DNA of 64,000 nucleotides from Eledone cirrhosa (GCA_964016885.1 OZ024744.1:45074001-45138000), one strand, 5' to 3'. Positions 23,621 to 37,920 are shown, counted from the first letter of the stretch. Made by a program: numbers and translations. Notes: generated by a model not told the origin, from the letters alone.

Positions 23621-24235
23621 CTTTCCTATACAGTCAGATCTGCCCTTCTTTAATCCTTCCCCTCTGTTCGTTGCTTCATTTCGTTTGTATCTCATTTTTT
23701 TCTTTTTCCTTTATTAGATGACAACATTTTGTATACTGAATAAATTTCTTTATTTTGTTGTTGTTTGTGGTGTTGTTGTGTCACTGTTGTTGATGTTGTT
23801 TGTGGTAGTGGTGGTGGTTGTGGTAGTGGTAGTGGTGGTGGTGGTAGTAGTAGTAGTGGTGGTGGTGGTGGTAATGTTGTAGTTGTTATCAGTGGTGGTT
23901 TTACTGTTGTTATTATTGCTGATGCTAGTGCTGGTTGTTTAGCTGCAAGTCAACTAAGAACGAGAGTAGCTTAAAAGGTGTCCTAACACTGAACATAAAG
24001 TGTGTCCCCCACCAGAAAAAGCAGTGGATTCGGCTGCTATTTCTAGCAAGTGGACCATCTCATTCACTAGACTGAGACAAATTTCAATATTAAAACAGAA
24101 CACCCAGATATTTGAAGTGAAACTAGATTAGTAGTTGTTGAAAATAAATAGGACAGAATAGTTAATGTCGGTTAGATAAAAAATTTACTTCACTTCAGTT
24201 AGAAAAGGAATATGATTACTACTAATCATAAAAGT

Positions 24236-24551
24236 ACGTAAACATTCGTAAATGAATACCGTGTTGTTGAAGTTTTGTTGAAGATACTTTGTTTTATGTG
24301 TTATGCTGAAATAGAAGGTGGCAGGCTATCGTCCGTCATTACTATCACCATAGAAGTTAAAAGCCAAGTGACCAGGGAAGGTGTCGTCTCTTTTGTAACA
24401 GAAAATTCTCTCTCTGTCCTCGTTCCATGACAGCCTAGTTATCGAACGCTGGTTATTTTTTGCTCAAAGGTCGATGACCTCCCGCTGCGTTCTCTTTCAT
24501 AGGAATGGCTATGTCAGTGAGAGGAAACGCTGGAACATTTCATTCGCTACA
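24236..24551 (-). mobile_element. Probable solo LTR; inverted copy at 29300-29600 (+)
   Basis: Starts TGTAGCGAATGAAATGTTCCAGCG, similar to the sequence following the Gypsy polypurine tract near 24680. The + copy has AATAAA and ends TACA. Confidence 0.5.
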
Positions 24552-24679
24552 CACCATCATCAATTCAAGGGAATTAATTTGAAAAAATGTAGGGGAAAAA
24601 CTTCTATTTGACATTACGTTCTCTGACTACGGTTTAAACCTGGATTACAGAAGAAACGCTGGAACATTTTTTCGCCATA

Positions 24680-27600
24680 TTAGTTTCCCGCCCAGATCGA
24701 AACGGTAGTGAAATAGAGAACCAATAACCTCGGACCCAAAACTGTCACCTACTTACCTTGTAAATAGAGAGAGAGAGGATACTGTTACTCGACATATTGG
24801 GCATAGGAAGATGGCCAGTACACATGTCGACCGGATCTCGTTCTTGTTGTTGGCACAGAGTTAGGATTGCCGGTGGGTGGGAGCGTTGATGTTAGGTTAA
24901 CTTGGTACGGTTAGGGTCCATTGAAATCCACATGAGTTTTTTTAGCCGGTAGACACTGACAGTGTCCAAGATAAAATGCTTGGGTGTCTTTTTGAGTACC
25001 TGGTAGGGCCCTAGTTGCAAAGGAGCTCTGATAGTGTCCTTTCTGACAAAAACGTCTGTCCATTGCTGTATGTCAGATGGAATTTGAGTAGTGTTACTTT
25101 GAGGGCGAGGGGCAACAAATGGCAGGTTTGCCATGTGGGTCCACAGGTGATAGCGGAGCTGGCATAAAACCGAGTCCCTCTTTTACAGTGGAGCGAATTC
25201 CAAGAGTGATAAGGGGTAAAATGTCTAACCAGTTGCTGTTGTTGACATATGCTCTGAGAGAAGATTTTAATTGCCGATGGAAACGTTCCACCATACCGTT
25301 AGCTGTAGGGTGATAAGCAGTTGCATTTATTCGGCTACAACCTAGGAGGCGTGTCAATTTGTTAAAAAGGTTCGGTTCGAACTGGCCGCTTCTGTCCATT
25401 GTGTTGGTAGAAGGTGTGCCATAACGCGAAATCCAATGCTGTACTAGTGCCTTGGCAATAGATTCAGCTGTAGTGTCGGAAAGGGGAATGAACTCGGGCC
25501 ACCGGGAGAATCTATCCGCTCAGGTCAAAAGCTGAGTGCAACCCCTAACAGGAGGCAGTGGTCCGACGATGTTAATATGTTGGAAACGCGTATCTGGTGT
25601 TGCGAACGTTCCGAGAAGAGTCCTGACATCGTGGTGAATGTTTGCCTTTTGACACTGGACGCAACGTCTGACCCATTCGATAGGTTGTGCAGCGCAGAAA
25701 AAACCGAACGTTGATGCTTTAAAGGTACTTAAGGGCGCGCGTGGCCCGTAGACACATCACACTAAATACCACCAGGAGAAAAAAGTAGAGGGGGGAGTTT
25801 GAAAGACAAGGAAGAAGATGAAGAATTTCAGAGTTTCAGGAGCTCCCCATCCGCCTGTTGGCAATATATCGGAGACTGATGGAAAAAGAGGTGTGCAGTG
25901 CACCCAAGAGTTAGCGAGAAAGGGCATCGGCTGCAGAGTTGTCTATATGGCGAATATCTGTAGTATATTGGGATATAAAATCCATTTGACACACTTCTCA
26001 AGGTGAGTGGTGGTCAGGCTTGGAATATAAAGCGTACGTGAGAGGTTTATAGTCCATGTAAATAGAAAACACAGAACCTTCTAACATGTGCCGGAAATGT
26101 CTCACACTGAGGTACGCTGCCAAACATTCCCGACCGAATGTGCTATACTTTGTTTCAGCAGGTTTGAGTCGCCTAGAGAAGAATGAAATTGGTTGCCATG
26201 CATTGTCTACACATTGTTGGAGGACGCCACCGACCCCGACATCCAATATATCGACGAACAGACAAAGCGGTGCGTCAGGTTTGAGATAAACCAACATTGT
26301 GGACTCTGTCAAGACCCTCTTCATTTTAAGAAAAGCAGCTGCTTGTGCATCATCGAAAGTGATAAGCTGGTTCTTTCGATTGCACTGCCTTAGGATGTCT
26401 GTTAGCGGCTGGAGAAACTCTGCACAACGAAGTATGAATGGGCAGTAAAAGTTTATGAGGCCGAGGAGCTCACGTACTTTCCTCGGGTACGTTGGAGTGG
26501 GGAAATCTAAAATGGACTTAACTTTATCGTGGTGGGGGCGGATTCCTTGTTCGTCGATGTGGTGTCCCAGAAAATCAAGGGAAGAAACACTGAAAAGGCA
26601 TTTTCTGGGGTTGCTGATGACATCAAACTAAGAAAAATGCTCGAAAAGCAATTGTAGGTTCCTTTCGTGTTCCTCACGGGATGTGCTGGCTATCAGCATA
26701 TCATCAATGTACAAGTAGACGTAGGGTAAACCACGTACTACTGTGTCGATGAAACGCTGGAAGGTTGATGCAACATTACGTAAACCGAATGGCAGTCTAA
26801 GAAACTCGAATAGGGCGAAAGGAGTTGTAATGGCCGTTTTAAGTATGTCTTCCGGTTCAACAGGAATCTGGTTGTACGCCCACACGAGGTCAATTATTGA
26901 AATGATCCTAGCACCATGTAGGGTAACAGAGAGATTCAGTGAGGTACCGGGTACTTATTGTGTTTTCTGCGTGTGTTAAAAAACCGATAGTCTCCACACG
27001 GTCGCCAATCACTTACAGATTTCTGGGAACCATGTGAAGTGGGGAAGACCAGCTGCTACTGGATGGACGATCAATGCCCAGTTCCAACACATGATCGAAC
27101 TCTGCTTTAGCGATCTTAGCGTGGTCAGGAGCGAGTCACCATGGTTTAGCAGAACCCGGAGGGCCCTCGGTCACGATATGATGCGTAACACTGTGGGTCA
27201 CCAGCCGACTGTTAAAAATAGGGTGTGAGATGTCAGGATGCCTGCTCAGAATAGCGTCGTATCTGCCAGACTGCCTGGTTTAAAAAAAACAAGGTTGAGG
27301 GAGGCTGCCGTTGTGCTGATACCGCGATCATTCAGACCAGTGGTGGAATTAATCAGTCTGTTGTGTTTAACGTCCACCAGGAGGCCAAAATGGAGTAGAA
27401 AATCCGCTTCTAGCATCGGAGTCGACAACTTGGCGATGACAAAAACCAACTGGAAAATTCGGCGGAGCCCAAGATCCAGGGTTAAGGACTTTTCTCCGCA
27501 TGTGGGTATAGCAGAGTGGTTCAGCACCTTGAGAAGCATTGCTGTGGGTTCCCTACTGCCTGGCACCAGGGCAGATGGTATGACTCTAACCTCCACCCCG

Positions 27601-28340
27601 GTGTCCACCAGAAACCGGTAGATCGGTCGCTAATGTGGAACAAGAGGCTAGATTTGGAAGAGCCAGGTGTAGTTGCCATCGTTTGTACCTGGCCACGTCG
27701 TTACCCGGAACATGACGGGAATCCCTTCTAAAAGAACAGGGCAATAGGTATTTACGGCCTCTTTCACCGAATTTACTGTGTTAATAGCATAAGGGATAGG
27801 TCGCTCGGGTCTCCCGGGCGCTGATGTAAATCGTGCCGAGATGAGCTGGCGTTGCTGCGAGGCTGTAACTGCAGTTTAGCCATAAGTGCGTTCAATTGTG
27901 CCTTCTGTCTCATCTCCGAGACAGAAGACGAGGAAGGAGAAGAAGGAAAAAACGAGGAAGAAAGAGGGGAAGAAAATGAACTTATTAGTGGATGTGTGTG
28001 TCTCTCTTGGGCCACAAATGACCGTGGTGCTGCTACCTCCATTATTCTATCATCTGAATCTGCTAGCACCTCGATTTGGATGGATGCTTTACTGTCCGCC
28101 AAAATGCCGCGAGTTGCAGGCAGCAGCCTTTGTAGGAAAAGTTGTTTCAAGATGGCCGAATCCATGGTGTTCTCTCCCACAGTTGTTTTAACTGTCTTAA
28201 GAACTGTAACGGTTTCCTATCGCTTAACGCCCTCGAATAAAGAAGCTGGTTAATCTGGTGCTTCTGAGAGACGGATGTCCGCTTTACAAGTTTGGACCTT
28301 AAGGTGGCATATGAATATGTACCTGGTTGGGCTGTAAGCA
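24680..28340 (-). mobile_element. pol: Degenerate Gypsy LTR retrotransposon (gag-PR-RT-RNaseH-IN remnants)
   Basis: LKQLFLQRL (gag), DTG (protease), KTAITTPF...YIDD (RT), FFSRRLKPAETKYSTF (RNase H), TAYHPTANGMVERFHRQLK (integrase), GPY; PPT-like CTGGGCGGGAAAC near 24690; many stops and frameshifts. Confidence 0.92.
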
Positions 28341-28389
28341 AATCCTGGATCTTCTGCAGGATTTCAAGGGGAAGTGGCCAAACAAAAGG

Positions 28390-29210
28390 AGAAATTTTGG
28401 TCCTGTCTACCGAAACATTATGTGTTTGAAATTGGACCTCGATATATCTGAACCAAATCCTCCTCTAGTTAGAATGTTCTTCTTCTTGTTGCCTGACGTG
28501 GACTGTAGAGGCTCTGATTCATTGATCAACTCACGGTTAAGTGAAGTATTACTAGTGTTATTATTATCAATAGTTACTTTGGTATTACTAAAGAAATGCA
28601 ATATAGTCGCTTGCTTTTTCTCACTCATTATGGGTTTATTTCATTGGAATCTAAGAACAAACAAAGCTATCAAAGCCAAATAAAATAAAACAATCGGATG
28701 AGAATCGGTATTTGCGGAGCGGGATAACTGTTGTAATGGTAGAAACAATACTGAAGCATACATGCATCATATTGTCGATAGATGACACATATATGTAAAA
28801 TTCATGGATGTTAGTTCTTTACTGAGGAGAAACTTAGGGGAGGGGAGCGATAAAATATATTTTAACTTAATATTAATTTTGTTTTATTATTAATAAGACA
28901 TGGGGCTGTGGATTGGCAGTATAGGTAGAGGGTCGGAAGCCATGGTTTGCAGCTTAGAGTTACGGCCCTTTATAATCTGAGTTCAAATCCCGCCGAGGTT
29001 ACCTTTGCCTTTCATCTTTACGGGGTCGATAAAATAAAGTACTAATCACGCACTAGTGTCGATTTAATCGACTTTCTCCTCCCCCAAAATTGCTGGCCTT
29101 GTGCCTATATAAGAAACCATTATAAATAAGACATAGAAATTGCAAATAATGTCCAAATCTTTCTGCGGACCACCAACATTTTCTATCGGACCACTAGTTG
29201 GCCACCGCTG
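28390..29210 (-). mobile_element. hAT (Charlie/Buster-like) transposon 5' fragment
   Basis: Minus-strand end CAGCGGTGGCCAAC with subterminal GTGGTCCG motifs, flanked by GTTTAAAG; ORF MSEKKQATILHFF resembles a transposase N-terminus. Confidence 0.6.
28902..29123 (+). mobile_element. tRNA-derived SINE, full length
   Basis: A box TGGCAGTATAGG, B box GAGTTCAAATCC, TSD AATAAGACAT. Confidence 0.9.
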
Positions 29211-30049
29211 CTTTAAACTGTAGTCAGAGAAAGTAATGTCAAATGGAAGTTATTTCCCCTATATTTTTTCAAATTAATTCCCTTGAATTAATGATGGTGT
29301 GTAGCGAATGAAATGTTCCAGCGTTTCCTCTCACTGACATGGCCATTCCTATGAAAGAGAACGCAGCAGGAGGTCATCGATGTTTGATCAAAGAGTAAAT
29401 AGGCTGTCATGGAACGAGGACAGAGAGAGAATTTTCTGTTACAAAAGAGACGACACCTTCCCTGGTCACTTGGCTTTTAACTTCTATGGTGATAGTAATG
29501 ACGGACACCTGTCACCTTCTATTTCAGCATAAAACATAAAACAAAGTATCTTCAATAAAACTTCAAAAACGCGGTATTCATTTACGAATGTTTACATACA
29601 ACTTTGTACTTTTATGATTAGAAATAATCATATTCCTTTTTCCTTTTCTAACTGAAGTGAAGTAAATTTTATATCTAACCCAAATTAACCATTCTGTCCT
29701 GTTTATTTTCAACAACAACAACAACTAACTCCGTTTCACTTTAAATATCTGGGCGTTCTAGTGTAATATTGAAATGTTTCTTAGTCTAGTGAATGAGATG
29801 GTCGACTTGCTAGAAATAGCAGTCGAATCCACTGCTTTTTCGAGTGAGGGACACACTTTATGTTCAGTTAGGACACCTTTTAAGCTACTCTCGTTCTTAG
29901 TTGACTTGCAGCTAAACATAACCAGCACTAGCGTCAACAATAACAACAACAGTAAAACCACCACTAATAACAATTACAACACCACCAACAACAACAACAA
30001 TACCACAACCACCAGCACCACCACCACTACCAGAATCATAAAAAAAACC

Positions 30050-31720
30050 ATCAAAGTAGGACAAAGGGCTATAAATACTATAAATGAGAGGAAACGAAGG
30101 GTAAAACTAAGATTATGAGGTCGCAGAAGAGAGGAAGAGGGATAGGCTTTATGTCTGGGGCCAGGTTTTGTTGGGGCTACACACCGCGGACAATATTGGA
30201 AAGACATTTCCGCGGACAATGGCCAGCAACAGCGCCGCAACAGCCACCCCACTTGGCGGGGTTCTTGACGTTGACCGGTGCAAAGAGGAAGCGGCCGGAC
30301 AAGCCCTGGTATTTACTTGTCTTCCTATCCTCTGCAATGTGGACTGAAATACAGGGGTTTGTGGCGGCGAACGTATTACAGCATTTAGCGTCTCAGATTA
30401 GGGATTTACCTCTTTCGAATGAAAAGAGGGTAATTCCGTCGGGGCGCTTGCCGTCTCCACGGTCAAGGCTTGCTGGCCCCAGTTGTGATGGGAAAGAAGC
30501 TGAGTCCAGGGTCGTTCTCAGTATGTCGTTGAGGAGGGCATGTCGGGAGAACCGAACTGCGTTCTAGCGGCATGACAGTAGATGCAGCCCACCCTCGCCA
30601 ACGACAGCCCCCACAACAGTATTTATGTGAATCCCACACGTGGCGGCCGAGGCGTTGGGTCACACCGATGTGTATGCACTCGTCATCCAGAAGGGTACTG
30701 GTTGATGAGGAGAGCACATAATTGAGCCATGTATCGCTGTTTGGCTGCGAAAGTGATCGGAGGCAAGCGTGGCAGTGTTGATCGAAGCCAGACCCGTTCC
30801 GGCTGAAGGAAGATCTGCACTTGATTCCGACCCAGTTACTTTCGAACTTTGTATACTGCGAAACAAAGAGCCCTTCGCCTGTTCAGTCGTTCGCGGCCTG
30901 CTCTGGTTATGTAGTCACGTCAGATTTGGCTGTCTTGCTGAGAACTTCGCTGACGAGGATGTGACTAGAGGAGATTGACGAGAGGTAGGCCAGCAGTGCC
31001 AAATCCGAAGCGGATCGGAGGTCCAGGCCACCGAAGCTCGCTGGAAGCTTCACTTGTTCCCACCTGGTGTTGTCGAAACTGACATTGCAGATGAGTTTTG
31101 CACAGCGTCGGATGGTAGCATCGAGTTCCCCGAGGTTATCTGTGTGTGGGTAACAATGTGCACCACGCAGCGTCAACTGACATTTTGGAAGGGCGAAGCA
31201 GTTTCTCAATAAGGTAAGGTCGATGAGGCACAGGTTTGCATGCTTGATCTCCAGGCACTCTCTTATGGATTTCGAGAGAATTGGAGAGCCGAGAATGCAG
31301 GCGGCATCTTTGGGCGTTAGGAGAGCACTGGACAAGACGGAATTGATACTGAGTACAATGTCATGGAATTCCGCCTCCTCGTGGCTAATATTAATCACCT
31401 CGGACATGGGTGGGATGATCTCGAGTTCGAGGAGCTAGGCTGATTAGCCGAAGATCTTCAACTATCGTCTCAGCCGAGCCAAACATGGTCGAGTTTTTCA
31501 TAAACAAAAGTTGAAGGGCGCCGGACAGCGTGTGACGTGGTCAACTGCCAGTGCAAAAAGAGACGGGCTGAGTGTGTCTCCATGCTGGACACCCGTAGCG
31601 GAAGTAACCTTGTCAACGAACATGTGTATACTGGGTCTTCCGTACGGGAGATGAGCTAGAAGGTCAATTATGGGTGCTCGTCAGAGACACGTTTCTATGA
31701 CGTGATCTCGCCTAAAGCTT
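30050..31720 (-). pseudogene. CRE-like non-LTR retrotransposon (RT plus RLE), degenerate
   Basis: GVQHGDTLSPSLFAL (QGDPL motif), QVKLPASFGGLDLRS, RPDGITLF; inverted paralog of 22810-23620. Confidence 0.85.
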
Positions 31721-31779
31721 GCTTGGTATACTTACAGCTAGCTTCTACTAGGATCTTGAAGTGTTAAAACTACGTTCTT

Positions 31780-31966
31780 AATAATTGTTTCTACTTTTGG
31801 CACAATGCCAGCAATTATCCCAGTGTATTACTGGTACTTTATTTTATCGACCCCGTAATGATGAAAGGCAAAGTCAACCTCGGCGGGATTTGAACTCAGA
31901 CCATAAAGGGCCGTAACTCTTTGCTGCAAAGCATGACGTCCGACCCTCTACCGATACTGCCAATCC
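31780..31966 (-). mobile_element. tRNA-derived SINE
   Basis: Same family as 9534-9717. Confidence 0.9.
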
Positions 31967-32272
31967 AATAATGTAATACAAGTTGAATCATAGCGGTAAG
32001 TTATCAGTAGATGAGGAGACAAAAGTCTCTGATACACGTACAAATAATCACTTATATTTTCTATTAAAAACAACTCTAGTTATATCTACACCTAGTTTAT
32101 CTTAAATCTTGTAAAATAACATTGTTCTGTATATATTATATAATTATTGACATTTCCAAATAAATAATTGTCATACAATTTAGCCTGATATTTCATTTAT
32201 TCTCTGAAAACCAGTCCTTAGGTAATTAGTGCCCCAGTTGGCCGTAAACATAGCTCAGACTATTTTGAAGTA

Positions 32273-32603
32273 CAGTGTATGTCCGACATTCGCGGTCGCG
32301 GTTATTTTCCTGACAACCTAAATAATAATTGTTTGTGGAAACCACCGTATATTCGCGGAGTCGTAGATATCTGCCATGATGTTTTTATGGCTTTTTTCGT
32401 GGCAATATATATATTTTTAACTCTAAATTATCAAGAACATTATACCATATTGACCGGCCTATTGGACGCTCCCACTTTTTTTTAATTATATTGTACGTTA
32501 TATTTTGACGTTTATAGGGATTTTATGGACCACGTTCCATATTCGCGGTTTTCCACTCTTCGCGGGTGCTCTAGGAACGTAACCCCCGCGAATATCGGGT
32601 GAC
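32273..32603. mobile_element. Tc1/pogo (Tigger-like) MITE remnant
   Basis: TA|CAGTG...CCGACATTCGCGG versus CCGCGAATATCGG; internal ATTCGCGG motifs. Confidence 0.5.
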
Positions 32604-32635
32604 AAATTCATATAAAAAAAAACTGGTCACAAAGA

Positions 32636-33566
32636 AACACACCTACATATACATACACATCCAGACACTAAATATATACATATTACATACACATATCTAC
32701 ACCTACATATACATACACAGACACATCCAGACACTAAATATATACATATTACATACACATATCTACACCTACATATACATAAACAGACACATCCAGACAC
32801 TAGATATATACATATTACATACATACACATATCTACACATACATATACATAAACAGACACATCCATACACCAGATAGATACATATTACATACATATATCT
32901 ACACCTACATATACATACACAGACACATCCAGACACTAGATATATACATATTACATACACACATATCTACACCTACATATACATAAACAGACACATCCAG
33001 ACACTAGATATATACATATTACATACATACACATATCTACACCTACATATACATAAACAGACACATCCAGACACTAGATATATACATATTACATACATAC
33101 ACATATCTACACCTACATATACATAAACAGACACATACAGACACTAGATAGTTACATATTACATACACACATATCTACACCTACATATACATACACAGAC
33201 ACATACAGACACTAGATATATACATATTACATACATACATATCTACACATACATATACATAAACAGACACATCCAGACACTAGATATATACATATTACAT
33301 ACATACACATATCTACACATACATATACATAAACAGACACATACAGACACTAGATATATACATATTACATACATACACATATCTACACCTATATATACAT
33401 AAACAGACACATACAGACACTAAATATATACATATTACATATATACACATACATATACATAAACAGACACATCCAGACACTAGATATATACATATTACAT
33501 ACATACAAATATCTACACATACATATACATAAACAGACACATACAGACACTAGATATATACATATT
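32636..33566. repeat. ~60-64-bp minisatellite, ~15 copies
   Basis: ACATATACATAAACAGACACATCCAGACACTAGATATATACATATTACATACATACACATATCTACACCT repeated. Confidence 0.92.
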
Positions 33567-33569
33567 ATA

Positions 33570-35620
33570 CCAGGGTCTGGTGTGGCCCTCTGTGCCAGAG
33601 GAATCGTTCGATGACAGGCCACCAAACTCTGGGTAAAGTAAGGAAGGTAGTTTGGAAAGCAGGGGCAAATCATTACCGGGGCTAAACGTAATACCCTATC
33701 TATTGTACAAGGAATGTCCCAGAGTCCTTGACTTGCTCCACAAAAAGATAAGATCTGCCTGGAAGAGCTTCAAGATCAGTGACCAATAGATGAGAACAAA
33801 AGGTATGTACATTCTGAAAGAGCAGAACTCAAGCGGGATAAACCAATTCAGACCAAAAACACATCTGAACATTGAAGGAAGAACATTCTTCATTGTTATG
33901 GCAGCTAGGCTAACTAGAGACCTCACAGAGAATAAGTACTTGAATATGTCATGTCAGAAGGGAGAGTCATCCATGGAGAGTCTGGTTGTTCAGAGCATGC
34001 CTTAATAGTTTGGGAAGCAATCTAAGAACTAAAGCTGCTAAAGAGAGATCTTGATGAGGTGTGGATTGATCTGGCTAGTACCTACAGTTTGATCCCATAC
34101 AAGATGATCCAACTTGCTCTCAAGATGTATCATGTTCCAAAGAACATCAGGGAATTGCTAAAGAACTATTATCATGGGTTCTCAATGTGGTTCTTCTGGA
34201 TCAATTGAGAGGTTAGCAATAGGCTGTGTAATCTAACCTATACCATTTGTATTGGCAAAAGCCTCGGGAGATATTATAATGACTCTCTGAAGGCCAAAGA
34301 GAAACCGGAACCAAGCTGATGTTGGAAAAAGATCTGCATGTCATAGACCAATGTGACTTCTCTAGCAAACACGTGGTTTAGTGTTTGCAGTTTACGTTGA
34401 TCCCAAAGCTTCTCAGATATCTGCTAAAATATGATATTAGCTCCAGTACAGTGGAAGTTATGACGGTCAAAATCAACAAGGATACAAGTGGCTTGGTGTT
34501 CCACCAAGTCTCACAGATGTTGCACTCTACTGTCGCCAGGCCAAGTTGATGCTACATCTCAAAGCCATCGTTGAGGAATACAACGTCGGTAAAGCAAGGC
34601 TCTTGAGCAAGCTTGATGACTCGCAAGACAATGTCGTGAGAGCGATTTGGTGAAAGCTGATGGCAGGCAGTAAGTGGAAAGTTTATGAGACGGTAGATGC
34701 AAAGAAAATATGGGACACACTCATATTCATGGGCAGAGGGGTAAGAGGCTAGGGAAAAGATGAAGAGAGATATGATTTTACAGGGGGTGAACAAAGAAGA
34801 AGATCCCAGAAGACAGTACAGTAGAATCGACAGGGCCAATGGATGACGTGGGAATGTGCAATCCAGAGTATTTCGGAATGACGTGTGACATATAGCACAT
34901 CTTGTGTTCAATTTACTCCTCAGATCTCTCTATGGTATCCTGCCATCGAATATGGAGCTAGTGAAGTGGGGAAAATCAAATAACCTTGAGTGCCCACTCT
35001 GCCAGGGTAGACAGACAGTGGAACACATTCTGACCTAATACAGAGTAGCACTAGCCCAAGGAAGATGCACATAGAAAACACAATCTTAGGGAGATCGTAC
35101 ATGAGGTAAGTATAGCTAATGTAAAATCCGCAGTACCAGAATCTCCAACAACCTTCTACACGAGAGGGAGCAGAAAATCATGGCCAGGAGTAGCTCTATC
35201 ATACAGGGCACGGAAATAGAGTCTTCTGGGTGGTACAGAGGACTGGGTGTGTACAGCACACCTCACCGAATCGATAAAGCAACTAGAAATCACCAGAAAG
35301 AATGGCTTGAAGCTGGATATCATACTCCATTCCAGTTCATCAAAACATGTGATTTTGATTCAACTCACCTTGCATCAGTAGACTAGAAGAGGCACGTGTT
35401 TAACACCGAAAATACGTTGGGACAATAGCCAGGGGGAAGTCAATTTCTGGCTCAAAGTTATCACCATAGAAGTTGGAACCAGAGGTTTTGTAGGTAAATC
35501 TACCTACAATATCATGAAACAACTTTCAGGATCTGGGAATAACAGGACCAAAGACATAAAACCAGCGGAGAGGAGTTCCAGCTGGATATTGTCGAGGAAG
35601 AACAAAACAAACGTGAAATA
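33570..35620 (+). pseudogene. Degenerate RLE non-LTR retrotransposon (HERO/NeSL-like)
   Basis: LNIEGRTFF, VWIDLASTYSLIPYKMIQLAL..YHVP, CPLC...VEHIL, IEVGTRGFVG. Confidence 0.75.
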
Positions 35621-35769
35621 AAAAATTATTCAGTATATATATATGTGTGTATCTGACTGATAAAATGATAAGTGAGTTAATCATATCGGTGGCCTCCCCA
35701 CAGCCCCGGTGGACAGAATGGAGAAGGCGTTTTCCCGGACGACGGCAAGGGAGACGCGCTGGAAAAGCG

Positions 35770-37100
35770 TGGTGTGGTATATTGTAGTATAGTCTCGTTT
35801 ATTGAAGTGTAGTGTGGTGTGGTATATTGTAGTGTGGTGTGGTATATTGTAGTGTGGTGTGGTATATTGTAGTGTGGTGTGGTACATTGTAGTGTGGTGT
35901 GGTATATTGTAGTGTGGTGTGGTATATTGTAGTGTGGTGTGGTATATTGTAGTGTGGTGTGGTATATTGTAGTGTGGTGTGGTATATTGTAGTGTGGTGT
36001 GGTATATTGTAGTACGGTGTGGTATTTTGTAGTGTGGTGTGGTACATTGTAGTGTGGTGTGGTATAATGTTGTGTGGTGTGGTATATTGTAGTGTAGTAA
36101 GGTATAATGTTGTGTGGTGTGGTATATTGTAGTACGGTGTGGTATTTTGTAATGTGGTGTGGTATATTGTAGTGTGGTGTGGTATATTGTAGTGTAGTAA
36201 GGTATAATGTTGTCTGGTGTGGTATATTGTAGTACGGTGTGGTATTTTGTAATGTGGTGTGGTATATTGTAGTGTGGTGTGGTATATTGTAGTGTAGTAA
36301 GGTATAATGTGGTGTGGTGTATTGTAGTACGGTGTGGTATATTGTAGTGTAGTGTTGTATAGTGTTGAGTGGTTACGTATACTGTAGTGTGTTGTGGTAT
36401 GCTGTAGTGTATGCGGTATATTGTGGTGTGGTATATTGTATTGTAGTGTGGTGTGGTATTTTGTAGTGTGGAGTGGTGCAGTGTGGTGTGTTATATTGTA
36501 TGAGGTGTGGTATAGTGTAGTGTCATGTGATATCATTAGTGTGGGGTGGTACATTGTAGCGTGGTGTGGTATACTGTAGTATGGTGTGGTGTATTGTAGT
36601 GTAGTGTGGTATAATGTAGCGTGGTGTGGTATACTGTAGTATGGTGTGGTGTGGAATGGTGGCGTGTGATGTGGTGTGGTATATTGTAGTGTGGGATGGT
36701 ACATAGTAATTGTTTCTACTTTTGGCATAAGGTCAGCAATTATATCAGTGTATTACTGGTACTTTATTTTATCGACCCCGTAAGGATGAAAGGCAAAGTT
36801 AACCTCGGCGAGATTTGAACTCAGACTATAAGGGGCCGTAACTCTTTGCTGCAAGACATGGCGTCATACCCTCTATCGATACTGCCAATCCAATATGATA
36901 TGGTAAAGGGTAGTGTGGTTTTCTATATTGTAGTGTGGCGTGGGGTGTGGTAGTGTGGTGTGGTGTTGATATTGCAGTGTAGTGTGGTAATATGTACTGT
37001 GGTGTGGTATATTGTAGTGTGGTGTGGTATATTATAGTGTGGTGTGGTATACTGTGGTGTGGTATACTGTGGTGTGGTATATTGTAGTGTGGTGTGGCAT
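35770..37100. repeat. 20-bp minisatellite ATTGTAGTGTGGTGTGGTAT
   Basis: Dozens of copies; source of the HHTTIYHTTLQY pseudo-ORFs. Confidence 0.95.
36707..36891 (-). mobile_element. tRNA-derived SINE inserted in the minisatellite
   Basis: Same family as 9534-9717. Confidence 0.9.
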
Positions 37101-37920
37101 ACAGTTGTAGTGACCCCTTGGAGCGAGAAGGAGACTTAATGAGAGTTACGTCCCATGGAGACTATAAATTGAGAACATGAAAGTACCTCCTCTCTTACAA
37201 AGCTAGCCTTCCAGGAGTTAAGATGTAATTTTGCCTTCTCCCACTTTTCATTTTTACCACACCATGTGGAGTGAACATATTAAGAGCAACTCTCTCTCAG
37301 GCGACTTCAACTTCGGAACAGAAAACCAATAACACCATGTGGAGACTAACTTATTCTCTCACCCCGTCGCCAATTCTACAACTAATGATACCAATTATAC
37401 ATATTATATTATTTCAAAAGGTATGTCCTATTTCCAAGTTATAACAAACACTCATAACAATAAAGATGAGATAATTATAGACACTCGTGTGAGATATTTC
37501 ATCATGTCTCATTTAATTACTTTATTCCTAAATTTATGACCAAATAACGTAAACACTAAATAAAAATCGATGAACTTTTATGCTTGTTAAAGTGGTGACC
37601 CAGACGTGGGTATATGGAAAATATACCATTTAAAAAAAAGCAAGTGTTTGACGTTTTTTTTTTTCTTTGGTGAAATTTTTGAAGTTGTCAAGATGGCGGC
37701 TTTCTTCTTCGACAGTTTTTTTGGCCCGAAACCGTGCGCCATGTTGGTTTTTGCTTTAAGTTCTCTGTAGATGTATAGATAATGCCATTGTTTGCTTAGT
37801 CGCTCACTTATACAATATTTCGGATATTGAAGAAAATCAAAAAACAAACAAGCAAACAAAAACAAGTAGGTTTATTTTCTCTTTCCCTTGGGTTCGAAGT
37901 ATTTTTCTTTACGGAGACGC

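Noticed and set aside
35680-35770. GC-rich hairpin-like segment between the LINE and the satellite
   Set aside because: Single copy with no recognisable motif
35799-36728. 309-aa His/Thr/Tyr-repeat ORF and similar ORFs at 48.7-51.9 kb
   Set aside because: Stop-poor reading of the 20-bp minisatellite
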